A stretch of DNA of 56,288 bases, filler included, from Basidioascus undulatus (lineage: Eukaryota), in the NCBI GenBank assembly GCA_000826855.1. It is 6 parts of 6 records of this genome, joined end to end, with 100 filler letters (N's around TTAATTAATTAA, not from the genome) between each part and the next. Parts side by side here need not be neighbours in the genome. Positions count along the whole stretch, not along the records: positions 47,004 to 56,288 come from JTLS01001269.1; 5 more parts are not named here. One strand, 5' to 3'. Made by a program: the position numbers and the translations under genes. The notes beneath the pieces are model-generated. The model was not told where the DNA came from, ran no database searches, and was given only the letters and a program-made list of their open reading frames with translations. Numbering within the stretch: position 1 is the stretch's first letter; each line of letters opens with the position of its first letter. Shown here in pieces: positions 48,804 to 56,288 of this stretch.

Positions 48804-50539
48804 TTTGACACGTGTAGAATATGGATGGATGAACGAGAAGACGTCGGGTCGCACTGGATGGAAATCTCGTCGGCCGGAACTTCAGAATGAAATGTAGTAA
48901 ACCGAAAGGCGCCGGTGGACCTCGCTCCCTACACACACGCTCGCTGCGGTGAACAACGGTCAAATTGTGACATTGACAAGATTGCTTGGTCTGGTCTGGT
49001 CAAGCGAAAGCAGAAGAGGGCATAGGCACTTTCCAAGAAACGCCTTCTGGCATGCATCGCACAGGCGCGACTGCCAACAACCACACGGCGCACCGCGCCA
49101 TTGCACCCTGCACTCTCATTCTGCATCATTTGTAGATGGTCACGATTGTAAACACAGCGAGCTTCTTCAACAATGAGTCGGCGGTTACAGCCACAGCAAC
49201 CAGTGCAGCAGGTGGCGCTGTAGCCGTCGTCTACCTACCAGGACAGGCCGCTGAAGACGCAAAGCGTCAGCAGTCTTGTGCGCAGGTATTGTGCGCGTGG
49301 GCTGGAATATGTGAGGAATGCTTTGGACGTGGATGGCGTATCGACCGTGTACATAGATGCGACGAGCCGGCGAGTGGGGAACTGCGCGTCGCCAGCGCAA
49401 GCGGACAGGAAAGTGAAGCGCAGTACCACCGAGCAAACGATCGAGGATAGCTGAATGAACCGGTCAGTTGCGTTGTCATCAACGGAAAGGCTTCTCTCGG
49501 AGTGAGAAGAGCGAAGGCGCGAGCAGGACAAGCAGCACACGAAGCATGGGGGGATTGGAGAAATGGATTGGAGCAGGCACAAGAAACCCTGACATGAACA
49601 CCTGGAACAACAAGGAACGACACGGTCAGCGCTCCAGTTTTTCAGATGACTAAAAAGGATTGTTTATAGTAGCGACAATCTCTCAGCGCGTTAAGCGAAG
49701 TTTCAGCACGACGCGAAGACGCGTTCAGGCTCATTAAATCATGTTGTACCTTCCTCGAGATCCGCACCCCTCTCACCTCCCCCACCATCCGTCCACGCAT
49801 TCAAAGAACAAGAAACCAGACTCACATGCTCGAAGAAGGAAGATGGAAAGAGACAAGACAGAGAAGGGGATGTCGCAGCAAATTGTCAGCTCGCCGCGCA
49901 CACGGAGGAGCAGCGCGCGACGATTCCTAAAGCTGGCGTTGGGTCTACGAACCCTCCGTGGCACTTGTGTGCCCAAGGAGGAGCGGGCGTACAAGTATGG
50001 CAGTGGAGGACGATATTTTTTGATCGAGGAAAGAAAGGAGGGTTGAGGGAAGACGCCGACTTTATAGCTCGCCGAAGGGGGCGGCCGACCGGCCCTGAAT
50101 GAGGATTGCAGGAAACGCCAATTTGGGCAGGAGCAGAGTACTCGCGCTCTCAACACCATCTTCGAAACCCTCGTTTCTCAGGGCCTAAAGTCCACCAGAG
50201 GCCCTCATCTAGGCATTCTTCAAGCTCGTAACAGACCTATCCATATTTTTTCAGGCTTCGCGATGTTCAGGCGGCGTCGTTCAGTTTTCACAGTGTTTCA
50301 AGGCTAGCTCTCTCGTTGAGAGCGGTTCCCTTTCAGTTCTCTCCTTGATGAGCGCTTTGGGAAACAACTAAACGCTCATTTAGATCCGTTTGGCCGTACA
50401 AACAACTCGATATGAAAGAGAAACCAGCCCCGCAACTGCTCATACCACGCTCCTGCAGCACTGCACAAGCGTTGAATCATCACGCTGCAAGGGGCAACGG
50501 TCAATCGCAGCGTCTTAAGCAGAAATTGGTGGACGCACT

Positions 50540-51987
50540 CACCATGAACCACACCCTGCACCTGCACCGTCGTCCAGCCCGCTGCGTCGATCTCGCCCAA
50601 GTCCGACACGGTGCCTTTCCCGCCAAAGCGACCCTGCATGTTGTCGCGCGAGGCAGCCATGCGTTCTGCAAGTCCGGGTCGAGCTCCTCCCCATCAAGAA
50701 TATCCGCGATGTACCCGCCCACCACAACAGCCTGTTGAAAGAAACGCCTGGTGAGGCCCTAAATCTGGGGATTTCCTGGGGAAAATAAAGTGGGAGCCTA
50801 CCATTGCCTGTCGGGGGTGTCTGAGCATCCAGCAGAGCCGAGCGAAGACGAACGGACGGTCCGCGAGCTCGGGCATCGTTTCACAGGAGGGAACGCACGC
50901 CTGCTTCGGCCTCGAGCGGGATCTGATGCCGAGAAAGTGGGACGGACTCCGCCGAGTCACCAGCAGACATCTGGAAGTACGGTAATCTCTTCAGTGGCGC
51001 CGGCGAAGGTCATTAAGCCAACGCACCATGTGAGTGTAGCCTGGACTATCGACGAGAACGCATGAGCGCTAGTGTAAGGCCGTCCGGGAAAGGAAATTCT
51101 CACCCGGAAGTTGCAAATCTTCATCTCGTCATTCTCATCCGGCTCGAAGAAAAACCCGCGCTCGACGTTCTGGAGGACGGGCAGGCCCTTCCACCGCGCG
51201 GCCTCCTTGGGGAGAGCTTGATGTGCGCAAGCGTCCAGCACTTGGCGAGAAGCTGGCCCTGCGCACCGAGGCCCGAGATCCCGCTCGTCTAGGCGCCGGC
51301 GGAGAGGCAGATCTTGTCCGCACGCCAGACGGTCCCGTCGGCGGCCGCGGTGACCCAGACGCAGTTGCCGTCTGCATCAGAAAGGAAACGGGTATAGCTC
51401 GGAGAGATAGGGTGAAAGTGCAATGTCAGACGCGCACCTTCGATAAGCAACGACTTGACCTCCGCAGAAGGCCCGGAGTGGAATTTGACGCCCAGCTTAA
51501 CAGCTTCATCCTGAGCAATGCAGGCGTTTCGCGTGTGCACCCAGCCGCAGTTCTTCTCGAGGTGGAACCCCTTCCAGCCCTCGAGCGGGCCCGTAAGCGT
51601 CGGCATGAACTTGCTGTACTGCTCCGGGGTGTCGATGAGCTTCTCACGGGGCAATGCTTGAAACGGGTCTGGAGCGGCACATCGGTGATGAACCAGGCGA
51701 TGATGCCCATCTCGTGGAAGAAGGGCGCGAACGTCGGATCGTGCCGCCAGGCGTCGAGCGCTGCGAGAGCGACACGCGACTGGATCCGGTCGGAGTACAG
51801 CGACTGGATAATTTTGTTCGAACCGTTGCGGGCTCTGTCCAGGGAGGGAACTGGGTGCTTTCTCGAGAAGGTGACGTTGGTGAAGCCGTAACGGGCAAGG
51901 TGCAGACTGGGTCGAAAGTCCCCAAGTGCTTGAGCCGACGACGAGAATGGGGGTGTTGCAGGCGAGAGCGTCTCGCGAGTCAGTCAC
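50540..51987 (-). pseudogene. FAD-dependent fructosyl-amino acid/sarcosine oxidase-family pseudogene
   Basis: Ordered motifs ILVVGSSTWGLST / LHLARYGFTNVT, NKII, AWRHDPTFAPFFHEMG, GWVH, ADKICLSAGA*, AKCWTLAHIKL, GFFFEPD...KIC, MPELADRPFVFARLCW, VGGYIADIL and GRFGG, with frameshifts and stops. Confidence 0.85.
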
Positions 51988-52599
51988 GGCTTGTAATTTG
52001 TGTGTCGATCAAAGGCCGATATGCAATGTTGCTACCGAATAGCCCCCACAATCCTGCTGCGTCTTCCTGTCCGGACCTGTCACGGCCCAGAGTACGCTGT
52101 GAGCCCCAACCGAGCTCGCTTGCAGTCCGGCGGAACCTGCTCATCCTTGGATTGGTTCTTGATAGGTTATCAAGGGCGGGCTGGTATCCGTCTGGCGCAA
52201 TCTGGCGGGTACGACGGCCCATTATGCGAGGCGTTCACGGCTAATTAGCGCGACTCAACAGCAGCTGATAGCTCGGGACCCACGCGGATAACAAGCACCA
52301 GACAGTCCTCCGAAAGTATCCTCTGAGGCATTCTCCGCGTGACCAAAGACAGTCCAGAGTGCCGCTTATCGTCCCGGCGGAGTGCAGCTGTTGTGTCGAG
52401 CGTATGTTTCTCCATACTTCTCACCGCCGGTCGTCACGGAGAGCCGCGTCTCGTGCTTGGCCTTGAATATGCGTTGCCAAGAGGTTAATCGTTTCTATTC
52501 CACATGAGAAAGTGACCGTGTCACGATAAGGGCAGTCCAGCGCTGTTCAGTTCGGAGTCCAGACTGCATCTCGCCGCTTACACTGCGCATTTACAACCA

Positions 52600-53138
52600 A
52601 TAACTCAGGCTTACATATCCGACAAGGCCAGCTTAGAGGAGAAGGGAGAGCTCGACGGCGACAAGTCGACGCCGCTGGAGCCGGAGGTGACCATAAATCC
52701 AGTCGGCGCGGACGGCCTCGGCGACGAGTTCCTTCCACCCCTCGAAGTTCGGGCAGTGGTTCCACCCTTCGATGACCATGAGCTTCCAGTCAACACTCTT
52801 CGACCATGGCTGCTTGGCATTGTCTTCATCATGGTGCGCTTCTGTCTTCAGAGTCGAGGAATGAATCGCTGCTCACAGGATCGGGCACGCAGGTTGGGTC
52901 TGGCATCAACCAGTTCTTCTCAATGCCCGTGTGTACGGGTACATTTCCAATAGCTCTAGTCGGGGCCCCCTTCCCCCTGCTGTCGTCGCATTCCCCCGGC
53001 TGTCGTCGCATCGTAGCTTAGCATCAACGGCGGGGATGCGGGGGCAACACGGTGTACAACACGACCACTGACGGGCGCGGGGCGGTCTACCTGCCCATCC
53101 CAGAGAAGGGATACTTTGGGACGGACCCCTGGGAGTAG
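52600..53138 (+). pseudogene. OPT oligopeptide transporter pseudogene with most of the gene deleted
   Basis: The N-terminal EVRAVVPPFDDHELPVNTLRPWLLGIVF|VGSGINQFFSM lies about 110 bp from the OPT C-terminal GNTVYNTTTDG...LPIPEKGYFGTDPWE* (53043-53138). Confidence 0.8.
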
Positions 53139-54457
53139 GCTACCCAGTTGGGTAGCGGGTGTTCTTATTTGTGTGGGCTTGGATGTACCTTTGTTGGTTC
53201 TCGCGCTGTTTCTTGTGCTTGACATGGTTGTGGCTTGTTCCCATTGAAAATTACTCGGGATTTCACATCCGAGCTCTTTGCGTTCCCCTAATTCCAGCAC
53301 TTACTTACCGATAGAGCGCCATGGCCAAAGGTGAACTTGGAAAAGACAGTGCAGGGCTTCACATTGGCGTCGCGCTTCAAACCCATGAGATAAAGCGGTA
53401 GTAGAATTGGGTGCGAGCAGTTAGGATATAAGCAGAGGTGCAGTACCTGAGGTTCGTAAATTCGATAGCTTTCTCCAATGTACGTCTGGAGGATAATGGC
53501 ATTATTAGATCCGCGAGAGCGACAGCCCACACTGAGGCTCTGCGTCTCAGAGACTGGCCAAGTTGAAAGGAGTAGCCGTGGACATGATGGTCCGATAAAA
53601 ATGGCTAGAAAGATTTACAGCATGAAAAGGCTTGTTTTTCACCTCAGGTACGCCAAGCACAGCATGAACGAGCAAGAACTCCCTGTTCCCGCTCGACGAC
53701 GCAAATGCAATGACACTGAGCACAACAGGTGAACACAAAGAGATGTTCCCATCGTTCGCGAAAGCTAAGCTGAGTGATTTTTGATTTTTGAAAGATAGGT
53801 AGAAAATTCTGAAAGCCAGGCCCGAAGTCGGTGGTCCAGGTGCTAAAGAGCGGCCCAGGTACTGAAGAGCCTGCGGCCAGGACATGAATATTTTCCCGAG
53901 GGCCGCGAGTCGACAACGACAATGGACTGCAAAACTTCTCCGAAACATTTGCTCTGTGGGGGATTCATGACGTTTGTCCCCGCACCGGTGCCCTTGATCC
54001 ACAAGATTCAGGGTCCACCTTCAGCCCGAACCGAAAGCATTCCACAGCGCTGCGTTGGAGTTCAATGCAGCCCAGTGCAAGTTACAAGTTGGGGCCACCT
54101 AAAAGTAAGCTGCCCTCCGTATGTGTCCTCTCTTCGATTTCACTTGGTAAAAAGCATCACCGAAGCAATGTCTATGAGAATATCGAGACCCGAAGCGCGC
54201 GAGGCCGAGCGTGCGCCCCTAAAAGCGGGGCGGCGAAATGAGCGAGTCGAAGACACCTGTCGCGGCTTCGCGGATCGCGACCGGAGTCGCGCCTTCGCCC
54301 TTCGCGGTTGGCCATGATGATCCGCAGCGGGTTGACTTGACCCATGGGCCCGCGCCCCTCTCGCTCCTCCTGCCCGAGCGTCCCTTACCCTTTTCCTTCT
54401 CTTTATCGCGCCACCATCCTCCGCACCTTCCTCCCCACTTCAATCCCGGCGCCGCGC

Positions 54458-55769
54458 ATGGCGTCCTCGAAATCCTCGATCCTGCCCCCCTACTTCCCCC
54501 CTTCCTCCAGCTCTATATCTAAATCTCGGACTCGAACCCGCCTTCTGCTCCTGCTCCTGCTCCTCGCCTCCCTCCTCCTCCTGCACCGGCTTCACGCGTT
54601 CCTCAACCGCCCAACGTTGGACGCGGTGTACGCGCATTATGACGAAGACCTGGGCGGGCTCGCGTGGCACATGGCGCGCGTGAAGAAGAAGCTGGGGTGG
54701 CGCTTCCGCATCCGGAACGTGGTGTATGTGAAGGGGCCGGAGGTGCAGCAGGGGCTGCACGTGGGCGGCTGGATGGATGGCAGGCGGGAGGTCGATCGGT
54801 GGGAGAGGCTGGAGAACGTCGGGAGGGAGGGTGCGTCGTCTCCTTTCCTCCCCCTCTCCTTCGTTCCGGCTCAACTTTGCCTTTTCTTCCCCCAGGCGGA
54901 ACGTACCTACACCACATAATCACGCACTACCCCCCCTCCCCCTCCTCGCCCAACAACACCACCGCCCTCGCGGACAAGACGCTCTTCCTCCAAGCGCACA
55001 TGGCGTGGAACTGGGTCGGCGAGGGCCGCTTCGACTTTGTCGGCCCGCAGACCGGGTTCCTCTCCCTCGCGCCGTATGTGACCGGCCGTTGCGGCAAGAC
55101 GGAGGGGCACGAATACAAGCAGATGCTCCGGATCTGGGAGATGTTCCGCGGGGGGAAGTGCCCGGAGGATGAGACGCAGCTGGTGCGTTCGCCTTCTTCC
55201 TCTTCCATCTCCCTTCTTTCCGCCCCGGCTTCCATTCTTCCAGTCCCCCTCCTTTTCCCTGCCGTCTTTTCCTCTCCTTGTTCCCTTCCCTCCTGGCCAT
55301 CTCCCTCGAAAGCTGACGGTCCGACTGGGAATGGACTGGGACCGTCCGCAGGTGACCTGGGCCGGCCAGTTCCTCGTCTCGCGCGCCCGGATCCTCGCCA
55401 ACCCGCTCTCGTCGTACGTCGAGCTCCAGCGCCTGCTCTCCGCGCCCGCGGACGACCCCATCCACGACGAGACGCCGTGGTGGTACAAGAGCCAGCGCGA
55501 CCCGACGGACGCGTTCTTTGGGCACTCGATCGAGCGGAGCTGGGGGGTCATTTTCGGGTGTGCGTGTCTCCCTTCCGTCCCTCCTCTTCCGTCCTACCCC
55601 TTCTATTCTCCCCATTTCTCTTCCGCTGTCTCCTTGCTTTCTTTCTGTCGGGGCGGATGCTGACGGAATGGGCGCGACAGGCAATAATGTCACGCTTGCG
55701 GAGGAGCGGTGCGGCGCGAGGGAAGGACCGGGCGGGAGGGACTGCCAGTGTTTTGATTCGGAGTCATGA
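54458..55769 (+). CDS. DUF3431-family type II membrane protein; four exons
   Basis: N-terminal transmembrane segment, then VYAHYDED, VVYVKG, LENVGREG|GTYLHHIITHY, LADKTLFLQAH, AGQFLVSRARILANP, FFGHSIERSWGVIFGC and CQCFD. Confidence 0.85.
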
Positions 55770-56031
55770 GCCATTCACGACGCTTTACGATTCGACGCGC
55801 GGCGCGCGAGTCCGAGTGCGGGTGTGCTGTGGAGATCGGGAAGGACGCTTTGGTGGGCGGTGTGTGCGATGGGGGTGGGTGGACTTGACGATAGTACCTG
55901 CTCGTAAACCTCCTGCGTTGGATAAGCCGACCCCTCTTTCAAGCTGGAGACCTAGAAAGCACTCAGCTTGTCCCTCTTGCTCTCGCTCTCACCGCCGTCT
56001 TTTTGTCGCCTCACCCACTTCAACTTCCACA

Positions 56032-56041
56032 GTCACGTGAC
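56032..56041. promoter_or_regulatory. Palindromic GTCACGTGAC E-box
   Basis: Perfect 10-bp palindrome about 140 bp upstream of the ATG at 56179. Confidence 0.4.
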
Positions 56042-56178
56042 CCTCCGCGCGCCTCTCCTTCCAGGACCAGCGCGTTTGCTTTTCCCTCCTTCCCCTCCTC
56101 CCCCTCACCACCACCACCACCTCCTAATCTTCCTACTCCCATCTCCCTCTCCCACCCGCGCCAACCCCCAGCGGCACC

Positions 56179-56288
56179 ATGCCCCGCTCCGACTCGCCCT
56201 CCTCCCTCTCCTCCGATCTTTCGAAGCTCAACCTCGCCGGGGGGTCCCGGCCCGCCAGCCCGTCCTCCTCCAGCGCGAGCGCCAATCT
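56179..56288 (+). CDS. Start of an unidentified Ser/Pro-rich protein; truncated
   Basis: CACCATG context after a pyrimidine-rich leader; reads MPRSDSPSSLSSDLSKLNL... Confidence 0.45.
   Translation, partial: MPRSDSPSSLSSDLSKLNLAGGSRPASPSSSSASAN

Overview
This is eukaryotic, intron-rich, GC-rich DNA from a basidiomycete fungus (GTGCGT/GTGAGT/GTACGT donors, CTGAC/CTAAC branch sites). It is not one locus. It is six separate contigs (9318, 9310, 9300, 9289, 9286 and 9285 bp, in descending size) joined by artificial N44-TTAATTAATTAA-N44 spacers, so nothing can be inferred across the spacers. Intact or edge-truncated genes include MET1, a BAH-domain protein, ERG10-type thiolase, mitochondrial TyrRS, SLU7, a G-patch/C2H2 protein, MPH1/FANCM helicase, CGI121, a type II membrane protein, the N-terminal half of FPR3/4 and a DUF3431 protein. 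There are three tRNA genes: Met-CAT with an intron, Leu-CAG and Val-AAC. Between the clean housekeeping genes lie about nine decayed genes: a GMC oxidoreductase, a fructosyl-amino acid oxidase-like gene, an internally deleted OPT transporter, DUF6535, an LRR-like gene, an alpha-solenoid gene, an unknown-family gene, a secreted Kex2-type repeat protein and a Rad21/Rec8 kleisin relic. Three within-contig junctions at low-complexity runs look like assembly chimeras. I found no convincing new multi-gene system. The most notable biology is the extensive gene decay, including a probable meiotic cohesin. All family calls come from motif recognition by eye; no searches were run.
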